This document shows, piece by piece, positions 16,372 to 30,798 of a DNA stretch of 64,000 nucleotides. The stretch covers positions 309,132,001 to 309,196,000 of the forward strand of contig OZ024743.1 of NCBI GenBank assembly GCA_964016885.1, given 5' to 3'. Both the position numbers and the translations under genes were made by a program. Each line of letters starts with the position of its first letter. Positions within the stretch are counted from its first letter, which is position 1. Source of the stretch: Eledone cirrhosa (lineage: Eukaryota). Below the pieces are notes generated by a model, which was not told the origin of the DNA, searched no databases, and saw only the letters and a list, made by a program, of their open reading frames with translations.

Positions 16372-16589
16372 GTAAGTGATATTTTTAAAACTAATTTACA
16401 ATATCTTCTGTTTTTTATAACCCATTGTTGTTGTTGTTGTTGTTTTTTAGCTTCATTTTCTCTCTTATAAAGATGTGTGATCAAAAGACATCTCAGTCGT
16501 AAGGTATGTTTTTTTAACTGATTTGCTCTATCGTTTGTGCCTATGTATAATCCATTTTCACCAACAGTGATGCCGAAGCACCAGATATC

Positions 16590-17372
16590 CTGCACAACAT
16601 TGCCAGCTTCGATCAGTTTTATAGTTTCAGGATCAATGCGGTCAAGCCAAACATTCTAACAACAGATAGCTCGCCGGCCATTGTGCGTCATGCTGGCATT
16701 CAGATTGAGCAAGTCCGGGAGTTCAAATATCTCATCTTACTGTTTGCAGAGAAAAGTTTGGCGTCAACTGCAGAAATCAACAGCCGAATCGGATATGTAA
16801 CTTCTGCGTTTGGTTCCCTTCGAAGGTGACTCTGGAAGAAGCCTCATATCTCCATAAGGAACAAGATAGGTCTTTTCTGCACATTTGTGCTACGTGTCTT
16901 CCTCTACAGGGCTGAGACTTGGACCATCCTCAAACAAGACATGAACAAGCTCGAGGGGTGTAAAATGCGATGTCTTCATCAGATCCTCGGTGTCTTTCGA
17001 TGCGACCGAATCTCAAACAACACCATCCGAGAACAATGCCAGAAGCAGCCGATCATTAAAGACTAAATCCAACATCGCAGGCTACAGTAGTTTTGCTATG
17101 TCTGCATGAGAACGGGAAGACTAGCACCAACTTTTGTTACGACAGTGACCTATGCACTGGAGAATCCAGTGCAGAGCAACGAAGAAGACATGGGCAAAAC
17201 AAATCGAGGAGGACCTGAAATCGCAGCGCCTCGACCTCGACCATGACCATGCTAAGGTCAGCGCCATGGATAGAAAAGCATGGGAGAAAATCATCATCGG
17301 GGTCCATCATGCAGCGGCACCCACAGCAACGTATTGGTTGAGACGACAGTCTTCCCCAATCGTCGAAGAAGA
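16590..17372 (+). mobile_element. Decayed RTE-clade LINE 3' fragment in intron 1
   Basis: Remnants of EFKYL, LYRAETW, LRY/W motifs with stops; ends gaagaagaag. Confidence 0.7.
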
Positions 17373-17835
17373 AGTTGTTATTGCTGTGTTATCGTTCTCT
17401 ATGACTGTCTTGACGTGTCGAATCTATTTCTGTGCGTGATAAACTTAAGCGCAAGGCTATCAAAATAGTCTCAAATGAGAACAAACTTCATGAGCTCTTA
17501 ACGTTTGGTGAGGTCGTAAGGTCGCCGTAATGACATACGGTATGTCTTTGGCATTTAAAACTGATGAAACCCATATCTCACTAGGTCTGAACACAGTTGG
17601 TTACTACCAGAAAGAAAGTGAGAGAGAAAGAGAGAGAGATAGAGAGGAGGGGGGGGGGGGGGGGGGAGAAAAAGACACGTGAAGAATCAATCCCAATAAT
17701 AGACTGAAACTTTATCGATCTTGAAAGAATGAAAGGCAAAGTTGACCTCAGCGGAATTTGAACTCAACGAACCGGAATGAATATCGCAAAGCATTCTATC
17801 CAGTTTTGAATATTAATTTAAAATTCTCTTTTCAG

Positions 17836-17889
17836 GTTTTACTTCACGTAGTAAGTGGCTTATCTCTTGGAGATATCTTAGATAAGAGG
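17836..17889 (+). CDS. Exon 2 (VLLHVVSGLSLGDILDKR: end of signal peptide plus propeptide with dibasic KR)
   Basis: Acceptor ttctcttttcag|, donor AGG|gtaagt, 54 bp, phase 0-0, open frame. Confidence 0.8.
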
Positions 17890-17934
17890 GTAAGTATCAT
17901 CTATTATTTATGTAAAATGGATATGATAATATAT

Positions 17935-19620
17935 ATATATATTGTTATACTTGAAGAGGGTCATATTTGTGTAATATTGCCAGAATTAATAACAGAATAC
18001 ACTCACTGTTTGGTTCGTTTTCGCTTCTGTGTCTTTTATATCGGTAATCTAATATAATATAATATACTCGGTCCTCAATGTTGCCATTGACTGACCGACG
18101 GTCAAAAATAATACAGATACAATATAGACACAAACACATATATATAGTTTATCATAAATCTTTCGTTGCACATCTGCAACATCGTCAGTGGTTCTATTGT
18201 TTTCTCCTGTTGAATTGTATGGCTACGCCATTTTTATTCAGTCTGTCTATATATTTATTTATTTATTTGCTTGTTTGTTTATTTTATTTTGTCTTCTTTG
18301 CGCATGCGTTTGCGTGTGTGTATAGTGTTTTGTTTGATGTGTGATGTGTGTTCGTGATTGGGTGACTAATGTGTGTTTATGTGTTTGTTGTTATTGTGCT
18401 TGTGTATGTATTTATTTATTTATTTATTTAATTAATTTAATTTTATTTACTTATTTATACTTCTTTTAGGTCAGTGTTGTTTGTTTGGGTGTTGTTGTTA
18501 TTCCATTCATTCTTTCTGTTTAGTCTTGGTCTTCTAATTTCTATTTCACTGGCCTCTCTGATTTGCCTATCTGCTGGGTCATTTCTATGTTTAGATATTA
18601 TTCTAATTTCTATGTTGTCTATGTTACCGTCATGTTGTTATCTGGAATGTTCGTATAGTACTGACCCCTTTTTTCGTCCTTTTAGTTCCCCCCAGTGTTG
18701 GTCTATCCTTTCACCTATGCTACGAGCTGTCTCACCTATGTATGTTGTTGTCATGTTTCTGCAGGTACCCTCTGTACATCTTATGCTATAGACTACGTTT
18801 CTAGCTTTACAGTTTATCCGGGGGTTTACCTTACATATGATACATTTCCTATTGGTACAGTGAGTTTTCTTAAAAGGGTAGGTTTTGCTGATCAGGGATT
18901 TTATGGTGGTTCCTGGCTTTTCTACCACCTTAATTTTTAAGTGGGTCTTTCTCAGAGCTTTTCTACACTGGTTAGCTTAATTTCCCTCCAGGGGTAGCGT
19001 CCACAAAAATGACACTCTGGTATCTCTGGTATCTCTGGTTGTCGTACCATGAGGTGGCTTTCCCTATCTTATGTCTAGTCCTATCTAAGCTATTCCATGA
19101 TTTGCTCCTGTATAATGGGCAAATTCCTTTCATGTCCAGTTCTATGAGGGTCTTATACTTCTCCATGGATCCTTCGTATACTCTGACTCTGTCTCTTTGG
19201 TTGTAGCCAGAGAACTGCGTGCGGTTTATGAAGTGTTGGATGTGTCTTTTCATTTCTGTTGGGTCGCACATGCGGGACACATTCTTCATCACTCGTACCA
19301 AATCTGCGATCAGAATATTAAACTTAGCACTACTGGACATTGCTGAGTTTTTGAGTATCAGGTATTTGGAGGCCATGGGTTTAGCATAGTGTGAGTGGAG
19401 AATTTGGACTCTCTCGTCTATAGTGTTAATCCAGAGTTCTGTGTCTAATACAGGTAGTCTATTGTTAGGGTGTTTGGAAGGGAAGTCGATAGTTACAGTT
19501 ATACTCTGGTGTATGGAATTAGCTATCTGCTGGATGCTTTCCATTGTGCTACGTTCTAAATCAAACTTGTTAGTGCTCTCCCCACTAGAGAGCACTAATA
19601 AGTTTAGACTTGTGATGTAC
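17935..19620 (-). mobile_element. Penelope-like element 3' half (RT thumb + GIY-YIG + pLTR)
   Basis: ORFs 18972-19595 (LPVLDT) and 18638-18928 (VVYSIRC..YIGETARS); HHR-like CTGACGA-tgttgcagatgtgcaac-GAAA at 18150-18193; second copy 34405-35550. Confidence 0.85.
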
Positions 19621-22600
19621 TTATATTGACAGAATCTTCCTTAGTATATGGGCAGTCCCCATTAGTACTCTATTTTGTATTTCGCCTATACGCGGGTTTC
19701 CTGGGATTTGCGATTAGTAATCATTAGACCCCTTAGGTATCATTCCTAGAGCGCCTACAACCACTGGTATTGTTTTAGTTCTCAATTTCCACATTTTTCC
19801 AATTTCTATCTCCAGGTCCTTATACTTGCTCAATTTTTCAAATGTTTTTATAGACACATTCTTGTCTATTGGAACGGACATATCAATTAGCGGGCATACC
19901 TTATTTTTAAAGTCCTTCAGTATCTATCATATCAGGTCTATTTGCATCTATTTTTCGGTCTGTTTGGATGCTAAAGTTCCACAAGATTGAGATGTGATCT
20001 TTTTCAAATACGGGGGTGGTTGATGCTCCCACCAATTCTTTTGATGGGGCAGGTCAAAATGCTTACACATTATCCAATGTATGTATTTTGCAGCTCTATC
20101 ATGCCTGTTTAGGTATTCGGTTGGAGCTATAGGACTGCACATTGAAATTATATGATCAATGGTCTCTGGTTGTTTTTTACATACACGGCATAATGGGTTG
20201 CATCCATTTTTTATTATGTTGGCTTAGTAATTTTTTGTTGGCAGACACTGATCTTGTGCTGATATAATTAGTTCTTCAGTCTCCGATTTCAGTCCAGAGG
20301 ATGCCAACCACTAAAGTTAAAGTTTTGTCAACATCAGGATTGTTAGCTCTTTCTGGGTATTTTCCATACAGAGGCTTTTCTTGCCATTTCTTAGCCAGTT
20401 TCTGTAGCAGTTCTTTCTTTGCAGTTTCTTTTAGCTGCCTTGCTTTTTCTGTTTTTCATTTCAGCAGTAAATGGAACTTCTGAAATTTGGAGTCCATTAC
20501 TGTATATTTGTGCATCTTTTGTAATGGAGTATGATCTTTTGATGTTTTCGTGTTTCAAAACGAGTTTGATCATCCAATCATGTGATTCCCTTAGATATGT
20601 AGATAATCCAATTGTTGCAGTTTTCAACGTAATATCTAACTGGATTAACCCACGTCCTCCTTTCCTAGGCAGATATATTCTATCTGTATCTGTCTTAGGG
20701 TGTGCATGGTTAAGAATTTTCTAATTTTTGTATCGAGCCTACAGATCTCTGTGCTTGACCAGTTGATGACATTGTAACTGTAGGTTACTACTCGTATGGC
20801 AAGCGTGTTTATGGCATCGATCCTATTCCTTGCATTCTATTCTGTTCTTAAGATTGCTCTTACTCTGCGGTAACATTCCTTCCTTATCCTTTCCCTCATT
20901 GTCGAGTGCTTGATTCTGTCTCCCTCACAAACACCTAGATATTTGTAAGTTTCCGCTTGATCAAGTTCTCTTATCACATTCCCCCGATCAAGATTAATGT
21001 CTGAACTTTTCAGCAGCTTTCCTCAGGTGAACGTTGCTTTGGCGCATTTATCTAGTCCAAACTCCATTTTAATGTCGTCACTGAACTACTTCACAGTGGA
21101 TAATAACCCTTGCAATTGTTCATCATTTTTTGCAAATAGTTACAGATCATCCATGTAGAACAAGTGATTAATGGTTTTGTCATAGACTTTATATCCATGT
21201 TTTGTTTCATTACTTAATGGTATAAGCGTGATGCAGAATAAAGGCGGTGATAAAGAGTCACCCTGAAAAATTCCACAATTAATATTAACTTCTCCAGCTT
21301 CTAGTAATTTATTTTCACTATTCAAAAGGAGAGTCGTTTTCCATGTCTTCATACTGAATGACATGAAACTCCTGACAACGGGAGATATTTTGAAAATCTC
21401 TAAACATTTTTCAATCCAACTGTGTGGCAAACTATCGAATGCTTTTTTATAATCTATCCAAGCAATTGATAGATTTTTGTGTCTATTATGACAATCTTCC
21501 AGTATCATTTTGTTAACCAAAAGCTGATCTTTACAGCCATATGAGCCTCGTTTACACCCTTTCTGCTCTTGGGAAATAGATTAGTTATCAGGTGATCATA
21601 TGTATATTCAGTTAGGACTGATGTTAACATTTTATATATTGTGGTCAAGCAAGTTATCGGTCTGTAATTTTTGGGATTGTTTGTCTCATCATTCTTCGGA
21701 AGTAGGAATGTAATGCCGTTAACTAGCTATGATGGTATCTTTTCTGGCTCCTTAACTATTTCATTGTAAAGTTGGGCTAACAGCTCATGGACTCTGTGAA
21801 GGCATTTATCCGTAAATTTTGTATTTTATCTTTTCCCGGGGATTTCCATTAACTGGTTTTTCTAAGAGCTAAACGTAACTGTTCAACTGTTATATTTTCC
21901 CATGTTTGTTCCTCTTTCATTTGTCTGTCTATCCATGGGGCATGTATATTATGAACTTTTTCTTCGATCCAGATCTTTTCCCGGAATTCTTGCACTTCCT
22001 CCTTGGGTGGTATTGATTTAGCAGTTATTGTTGACTTGCCAATTTTTCTGTAGAAGTTCCTTTGGTTGTTTTTGAACATATTATTGTCTTTATAGAATCT
22101 CGATCGTTTTTCAAAGCGCCTTATACAAGCAGCTTTGGCCGACACTTTTTGCTTGATTTTTTCTTTCAGTCTATGTCACTTGTTGATTTTATACTGTATT
22201 TTCATTTCAATTTTCTAAGTTTAGTTTGTTTAACATGTTTACCTACTTTGTAGTTTGTTAAAATTTCTATGTCAGATCGGAGAAAGTTTATCTGGCGATT
22301 GATGTTCTCTTGCCAAGTAGGTTTCTTGTGGGAATTCCTTTATTTTTCATTTTCACTCCACATAAGTGAGTGGTGAATTTAGCCGATGCATAATAGAGAT
22401 GATTTAGATCAGTAATATTTAGTTTGTTTGTGATGATAATGTTTTTGAGAATTATGTTAATCTCGTGTATTATCTTTTGGTTCTGTTTGGAGTTCTGGAT
22501 CTTCGGGAGGGTGTCTCGTTCACGCATGTCAGATTCTTTCATTTTCATCCATTCGATCATAATTTCATCCTTCAAGTTGGCAAGTTCATTCTCATTCATT

Positions 22601-23385
22601 TCTTTATCATTTACGTTCTCATTGTTTTCATTTTGAGTTTCACCTTGAGCATGCACTCCCTCCACTTTTTCGATCCTTTCTTTAATTTGTTCTGCTGTCA
22701 GTGATTCCGCCCCAACTCTGGGATTCGAAATGTTGCAATTTACCTCGGTTTCACTGACACATGTTTCATTTTCCCTTCGCTGACTTTGTGCTAATAACTT
22801 GATCTGATCAATTTCTATATCAGTTAGTAACTTTTTTTTTACAATATTTCTTCGTATATTGGCTAGTTTGTTACTGTCAATATAGCCTCTGTTTTCGGGA
22901 TGTTTCTTTTTCCAGTTGATATATGTCTGTTCTGTATTCGATCTATTTGATGGGTAATACATGGCAGTGTAGAAAGCCTCAAGGACTTCTTTATTGTCTT
23001 CCCTTGACCATTTTTCTCTCTTTATCTTTGGATTTCTTGGTGGTGAGCATTGAGGGCCAACAGTAGGAGTATTCCGGTTATGGGAGGTCTCCAGCTCCGA
23101 AATGATGGGAAAGTTTGAACCATTAGCTGATTTTTCGATCCCAGTCTGGTTCCTCGCTGAGGGACGCGGCCCTTTTTGACCCGGGTGACGGCCGATCCGG
23201 TATGAGATTTTATCATTTGACATTGACTTTATTTTGTCGCGTTTTATCCTTAACCGCCAAGGAGTAATCATTTCGTGTTACCACTCCTAGGACGAGTGTC
23301 AACCAAGACTAGAGGGGTGGTCCTCCCCTAGAGACACGGCTATTCGCCGCCGGCCGCCATCCCGGTATTTCTTGGTCACGGGGTC
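19621..23385 (-). mobile_element. Decayed near-full-length R4/Dong-like non-LTR retrotransposon (RT + restriction-like endonuclease)
   Basis: [36 protein letters not shown], zinc knuckle then YLNRHD, RPD..IDMSVP, terminal GTAHILRKIL*; many frameshifts. Confidence 0.85.
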
Positions 23386-23753
23386 TTCTTTTTTTTTTTT
23401 ATTATTACCATGAGTGGTTCCTTAATGTGAGCATTGCGTGGCTTAAGAATGAAATTATTATTAATAATATAATATACTTTTTGCTGAAGTTGTCTGTTAT
23501 TGTTGTTGGCTATGTCGGTGGTGGTGCTGGGGCTTTTTCTATTGATGGTGGGGAACGGGGGATCCAGCAGTGCCACTGTCGTTGACGTTTGACCGGGTCA
23601 CTAAGTCAGTCTATTTATATCTTTTGCTAGCCTCTCCCTTTTCTAGTGATACCGCCACCTTCCTCTTTCTTAAGTTAACGTTGCCGCTTCGAGATAAGCT
23701 CTACAGCTATGTCGATGATAATAATAAATAATAATAATGATGATGAATTTCAT

Positions 23754-23850
23754 TACCGGATTGAAAATAATACCGGGAGTGAAAATACCGGGAGTGAAAT
23801 TACCGGAGTGAAAATACCGGGAGTAAAATTACCAGGAGTTAAATTACCTA
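23754..23850. repeat. Short ~16-17-bp tandem repeat (MITE-terminus-like)
   Basis: (a/t)taccgggagtgaaaa repeated about 5 times. Confidence 0.7.
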
Positions 23851-23899
23851 GAAGCACATATATAAGGTCTTCTTTATTATAACTAGTCTTGGGTTTGCA

Positions 23900-24130
23900 C
23901 TTGAAAAGCCGAGGTATTTTGTGGAAGACCAGCATTCTTCCCTCTCCACTTAACCTATGTTGCCCAAAACAAAGGCAAAGGCTGATACAGCTTGGCATTA
24001 GTGACGTCACAATTCATTTCTACAACTGGCGCAACGAGAAACAAAACATCTTGCTTAGAGAAGGACACAACACACTGTTTGGTCCGGGAACAGAAATCAC
24101 AACCATACGATCATGAGATTAAGGCTCTAA
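23900..24130 (-). mobile_element. tRNA-derived SINE
   Basis: Minus strand tggttagagcc..gatttctgttcccggacc..gtgttgtgtcctt; related to 31500-31720, 33672-33990, 36070-36310. Confidence 0.6.
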
Positions 24131-24837
24131 CCATTTTATGTATGTATGGTCCCGTAACTCCTCGGAGTCGCAGAGGCACCGCAGTGACATACGGTATTTC
24201 TTGGGCGTTTTAAAGCCCGGCGGATCCCATCCCTCTCCAGGTCTGAACACTGCAAATTTCTTCCAGAGAAGTACAGAAAGTGAGACAATGGAAATGTGAA
24301 AGCGGTTCGGCCTCAGTACAACACTGGTACTTTTTTTATTGCCCTCGAAAGGATGAAAGGCAAAGTTAACTTCGGAGGGATTTGAAATCAGAGACCAGAG
24401 AGCCGAAACGAATGCCACAAATCCTTCTATCCGACGTTCTAATGACTTTGCCAATCGCCCTAATAATAATAATAGTAATAATTTAGTCGACTTTCCCCTC
24501 CCCCATAATTGTTGGCCTTGTACCTAAACCAATATTTTACTTGTTTAAGTCATTATACTGCGGTCATACTGGAGCAAAACCTTGAAAGAATTTACTTCGT
24601 CATATCCAGTACGTATTGCTTTCAAGCCTGGTAGTTATTTTAAATGATCTCTCTTTTCGGACCGCTATGTTACGGGACAAAAGCACAGACACTGACGCAA
24701 ACGCAACACACACACGGTGTGACGGACACGGCCATATCCGTCTACCAAATTTTAAGCAGCAAACACCATCAGTAATAATATTCATACTACCAATTATCAA
24801 TACCATTAATATTGTTTTTTTGTTAATTCATATTTAG

Positions 24838-24952
24838 GTTAAACAAGAATGTACTGTATCCCTGGAATGTAGCGATCCACATGAAATATGTACTGATCAC
24901 AAATGTAGAAGCCGTATACCCTGCAATAAGGATGATGTCTGCTTTTTTTATG
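24838..24952 (+). CDS. Exon 3 (VKQECTVSLECSDPHEICTDHKCRSRIPCNKDDVCFFY, 6 Cys)
   Basis: Acceptor tatttag|, donor G|gttcgt, 115 bp, phase 0-1, Cys-rich open frame. Confidence 0.8.
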
Positions 24953-25422
24953 GTTCGTCAATATTTATTTTCTTAACTCTAAACGTTATATATCATACTA
25001 TTAAATAGCAGTTATGTATATCATTTATGTCAATACTTCAGTGCAGCTTCGAAAACTATACTTTTACAAATTCATCGGCTTTTTCCAAAAGGTGGTTCCT
25101 GCCCCCAGGGGTGCCCTACTCAATATGTGCCAATTCTGAGAGTTCACATTCATCTGTAGAACAAACGTAGCCCATGTGGTAAGTTTTCTGAAAATCTGTT
25201 GCGAACTCCAGAAGTTATGACGTTTTTTTTGCATTGCACTGCAGTGCTTCAGTCGACTCCAAGGAGGTGGTTAAAGGGGGTTATCTGCCGGGAGTCCCTA
25301 TAATCAATATCTGGAAAAATAAAAGGGCCCATGACCATCCGGAGTACATAAGTAACCTATGTCTTAAGTTTGGTGAAAATACTGTAGAAATGCATAAGGT
25401 TTATACATACGCGCGCGCGCAC

Positions 25423-25456
<34 letters not shown>

Positions 25457-26363
25457 TTTTGTGTGTGCGTATGTATATGTATGTGTATGTTCGTCGGCGC
25501 ATACGTATGTACTGGCCTAAATCTTCACTATTTACTTTTACTATGTTAAGGCAAAGTTAAAATCCCGTCGAGGTTAACTTTGCCTTTCATCCTTACGGGG
25601 TCGATAAAATAAAGTACTAGTAATGTACTGGGTAATTGCTGGCCTTGTGCCAAAAATAGAAGCAACTATTTTAATAACCTGTCATTTTCGTTTACAATTT
25701 TATTTACATCATTCTTAAACTCCGGGGCTGGAAATCATTCGGTTATTTTAAATAGAATATTAGTCTAACGACTCCATTTACACCATAAATTTGGTCTTGT
25801 CTTTGCATGAAATTGTTCTTCTTGGTCCACCACGTCGTTTATACGTAACATAAATTGATAAGCAAATGACGCCATAAAAGGGAAATAACATCTCTATTTA
25901 TACATTTGAACTGAAAAATCAATACATTACAAATTCGAATTTTGCACTTGGCGTGGGTTGATTTGAAAATTCTTTTGACCGATGTCTCCGCCGGACCTTC
26001 ATCTATAAGTGTAGCAATTTCACTGAAATTTGAACGTACGGTTTAGGAGGAGATGTGTGCCGACGGTTGTAGTAGACAGACAGACAACCTCAGTTTTATA
26101 TATATATATTAGTCTGCATAAGCAAGGCATTCTGAAAAAAAAAACAAAAATAAAAAAAATAAACAAACAAAAACGGCACTATGACTGCATCACTTTAAAA
26201 ATAAGAATGTTTTTAGATATTTTTCACTAAATCATAACCATAAATTGTCTTACTACACTTAAAATCCCCTTTAATATAGAGCTCGAAGAAAATTGCACAT
26301 ATTAAAAATAAATTCATAGTGCTTTTTCAACCATTATCCTTACCATTTCCCTCGGGGTACTCT

Positions 26364-26406
<43 letters not shown>

Positions 26407-26410
26407 GCGC

Positions 26411-26484
<74 letters not shown>

Positions 26485-26566
26485 GTTTACATGCCAACAT
26501 AAGAGCAAGAATGAAGGGTTCATTCTACTGATATGGCTTTACAAATGAGGCTTGTTTGCAGATTAC

Positions 26567-26612
<46 letters not shown>

Positions 26613-26762
26613 TTAAGGATACTATTTATGGTTATGTATGTAATAAAACCTTTTATGGTTATATATTTTTTATACAAACCCTAAATAGTGAAAGATAGTC
26701 ATTAATTAAGATAAATAGCTCAATGTAATAACATCGGTTGTTTTACAGAGCAGTTATATGGG

Positions 26763-29700
26763 GATTACAATAATCAAAGTTCAGTTTAAATCATTTATTT
26801 GCTTACAATTGTTTCCTCCGAACCGAGGTTTGGATTCTTTGGAGCAACTATTTAGTGATCTATAACATACTTGACCTCCTTTTCAACACAAGAGACATAT
26901 AAAAACATATGCACATATTGATCCACAGTGGGATGACATCCATCAAAATGATATAGCATGGCAATTTACATATAAAGGTTAAAGGATAAAGATAAAAATG
27001 AAGCATTGGCAGTCTATGAAGATAAAGCAAGAGGAAAGTTTAGAGTAGTCAGTGTATGAAACAATCTCACGTGTAGCATGCACGCGTGTCTTATTTATAC
27101 AGGATTAGAGTGCGTCAGAATGTTACTTGCAGGGTCAGGCAGTTGAAGCAGGCAATCGATATTATTATGTGGGCTGAATTATTAAATCATTTTTTCGCAT
27201 ACACCTGTATGATATACAATCCCGAATGTGGAGAAACACCAAAATATCAAAAATATCAAACATATTATAAAACATATTATATGGTAGGCAAAACAGTACC
27301 ACTGTCTTCGCGCACACCACCACTCACATAATCCATGAGACGCAATATATAGACCACGGGTCTATCATATAATTCACGATGGTTCGGCATATAACCAAGT
27401 TATAAACCGTATCTTGTCGATTCTTAATTAATCATGTTGTTTAGTTTTGTGTGATGATACTATATTCCGGAAGTGTGTGTATGACCAAGGGGAGTTAATG
27501 CGTAAGGGGAGGTAACTAGCTGGTTTTCTTAGTTAAATTTATTATCCTAAATTGCATTAATGGTGTTTCAAATAAGTGCCTATCATATGATGTTATAACT
27601 AATTTCTAGATTATGTTACTTATCTATAGGTTACAGTGTTGTCTATTAAGAAGTACTAAAGGTGTATATATCAGGATGATTACCTTCTATTAAGGGGTGT
27701 CATATCTGAACATTCTATAAGAAGAGTCAGACCCCCAAATCAATGTTCTATGTAAGTGTAATTCCTCCCGCAGGACCTGGCATGGTCCTATTATTTTATA
27801 TGTGACTCCCGGTAAGCTCTGGGTCATTGTATGTCTGAATCCTTGGTAAATCTGAATATCTCCAGGGTGGTCTGGAGTTCAAATCTCCCATATAAAGACA
27901 CCAGTCTGGCCACCAAGCAATACATAAACTCCTATCTCATATATAAATTAAATTAGGTATCTTATCTACAAATTAGAGTGGAGTCTATTAATAAGTACTA
28001 AAGGAGTTCATATCATGATTATTACAATCTGGAGATCAAATCTCCTATATAAAGACACCAGTCTGGCCACCAAGCAATACATAAACTCCTATCTCATATA
28101 TAAATTAAATTAGGTATCTTATCTACAAATTAGAGTGGAGTCTATTAATAAGTACTAAAGGAGTTCATATCATGAAGATTACAATCTGGAGATCAAATCT
28201 CCTATATAAAGACACCAGTCTGGCCACCAAGCAATACATAAACTCTCATCTCATATATAAATTAAATTAGGTATCTTATCTACAAATTAGAGTGGAGTCT
28301 ATTAATAAGTACTAAAGGGGTTCATATCCTGATGATTACAATCTAATATGGAGTGCCACAACTGGACAATCCATAAGAAGAGTCGGACTACAAAATTAAT
28401 TATAAGGGTCTCACTACTAATAAGGGTCTTATTACTAATAATGGTCTTATTATCATACAGGACTCCCGGCAAGTTTCGGGTCATTGTATGACTGCATTCA
28501 CGGTAAGTTCACCAGGGTGGTCCGGGGACCCGTTCTCTCATCAAAAGATACTAGTCAGGTCATCAAGCAACACAGAGACTCCTAACTGATGTATCACCTG
28601 TGCATAATTCATTGTACTGATCGTATAGAATATATAGTCACATAATAATAAGATTACTTACTTAGTCATCAATCTAGCTCATGGTGGCACTCCATGCACA
28701 GGACTATGTTAGCACAACCAATACCGTGTCTACAGTTTATATTAATCATATATTTGTGCAATGCAGTTTAAGTAATCCACGGCCGAGATATCAGAATTAG
28801 AAGTACATGGGGGTATCCCCAGGGTAGATGGTTCTATAATGCTGCCAGTATTACCTTTAGAGTATATAAATGGGTGTGGAGGTGAGGTGTAAGGTGTGCT
28901 ACTGATGCTAATTGCTAGTGGTGGTGACGGTTCCAGTCTGACATTGTTATATATAGGGTTTAAAGTTTTGGAAAGAGTGTCGGAAGCGGTGTTGGCAAGA
29001 TCCGAACACTTCTGATTTTTTATTAAGGAGATTATGGTTAGAGAAGATGATAGTATGGGTCTCTAGTAGACAGAGGTTACAAAATTTATTAGGTTGAGTC
29101 CTGTATGATAATAAGACCATTATTAGTAATAAGACCCTTATTAGTAGTGAGACCCTTATAATTAATTTTGTAGTCCGACTCTTCTTATGGATTGTCCAGT
29201 TGTGGCACTCCATATTAGATTGTAATCATCAGGATATGAACCCCTTTAGTACTTATTAATAGACTCCACTCTAATTTGTAGATAAGATACCTAATTTAAT
29301 TTATATATGAGATGAGAGTTTATGTATTGCTTGGTGGCCAGACTGGTGTCTTTATATAGGAGATTTGATCTCCAGATTGTAATCTTCATGATATGAACTC
29401 CTTTAGTACTTATTAATAGACTCCACTCTAATTTGTAGATAAGATACCTAATTTAATTTATATATGAGATAGGAGTTTATGTATTGCTTGGTGGCCAGAC
29501 TGGTGTCTTTATATAGGAGATTTGATCTCCAGATTGTAATAATCATGATATGAACTCCTTTAGTACTTATTAATAGACTCCACTCTAATTTGTAGATAAG
29601 ATACCTAATTTAATTTATATATGAGATAGGAGTTTATGTATTGCTTGGTGGCCAGACTGGTGTCTTTATATGGGAGATTTGATCTCCAGACCACCCTGGA

Positions 29701-30798
29701 GATATTCAGATTTACCAAGGATTCAGACATACAATGACCCAGAGCTTACCGGGAGTCACATATAAAATAATAGGACCATGCCAGGTCCTGCGGGAGGAAT
29801 TACACTTACATAGAACATTGATTTGGGGGTCTGACTCTTCTTATAGAATGTTCAGATATGACACCCCTTAATAGAAGGTAATCATCCTGATATATACACC
29901 TTTAGTACTTCTTAATAGACAACACTGTAACCTATAGATAAGTAACATAATCTAGAAATTAGTTATAACATCATATGATAGGCACTTATTTGAAACACCA
30001 TTAATGCAATTTAGGATAATAAATTTAACTAAGAAAACCAGCTAGTTACCTCCCCTTACGCATTAACTCCCCTTGGTCATACACACACTTCCGGAATATA
30101 GTATCATCACACAAAACTAAACAACATGATTAATTAAGAATCGACAAGATACGGTTTATAACTTGGTTATATGCCGAACCATCGTGAATTATATGATAGA
30201 CCCGTGGTCTATATATTGCGTCTCATGGATTATGTGAGTGGTGGTGTGCGCGAAGACAGTGGTACTGTTTTGCCTACCATATAATATGTTTTATAATATG
30301 TTTGATATTTTTGATATTTTGGTGTTTCTCCACATTCGGGATTGTATATCATACAGGTGTATGCGAAAAAATGATTTAATAATTCAGCCCACATAATAAT
30401 ATCGATTGCCTGCTTCAACTGCCTGACCCTGCAAGTAACATTCTGACGCACTCTAATCCTGTATAAATAAGACACGCGTGCATGCTACACGTGAGATTGT
30501 TTCATACACTGACTACTCTAAACTTTCCTCTTGCTTTATCTTCATAGACTGCCAATGCTTCATTTTTATCTTTATCCTTTAACCTTTATATGTAAATTGC
30601 CATGCTATATCATTTTGATGGATGTCATCCCACTGTGGATCAATATGTGCATATGTTTTTATATGTCTCTTGTGTTGAAAAGGAGGTCAAGTATGTTATA
30701 GATCACTAAATAGTTGCTCCAAAGAATCCAAACCTCGGTTCGGAGGAAACAATTGTAAGCAAATAAATGATTTAAACTGAACTTTGATTATTGTAATC
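26763..30798. repeat. 4-kb inverted repeat (two 1703-bp near-identical arms, 630-bp spacer) from a Penelope-like tail
   Basis: Arms 26763-28465 and 29096-30798; spacer holds GIY-YIG C-terminus NKFCNLCLLE (28947-29095, -); each arm has three 157-bp tandem units. Confidence 0.92.
30714..30762 (+). ncRNA. Variant hammerhead (CCAAAGA core); mirror copy 26799-26847 (-)
   Basis: ttgct CCAAAGA a tccaaacc-tc-ggttcgga g GAAAC AATT GTA agcaa ATAAA. Confidence 0.6.

Noticed and set aside
27086-27331. Identical 81-aa ORF present twice (also 30230-30475)
   Set aside because: Duplicated only because it lies in the inverted-repeat arms; no coding signature
27871-28345. 157-bp repeats as a CRISPR-like array
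   Set aside because: Head-to-tail tandem copies without unique spacers, in eukaryotic DNA
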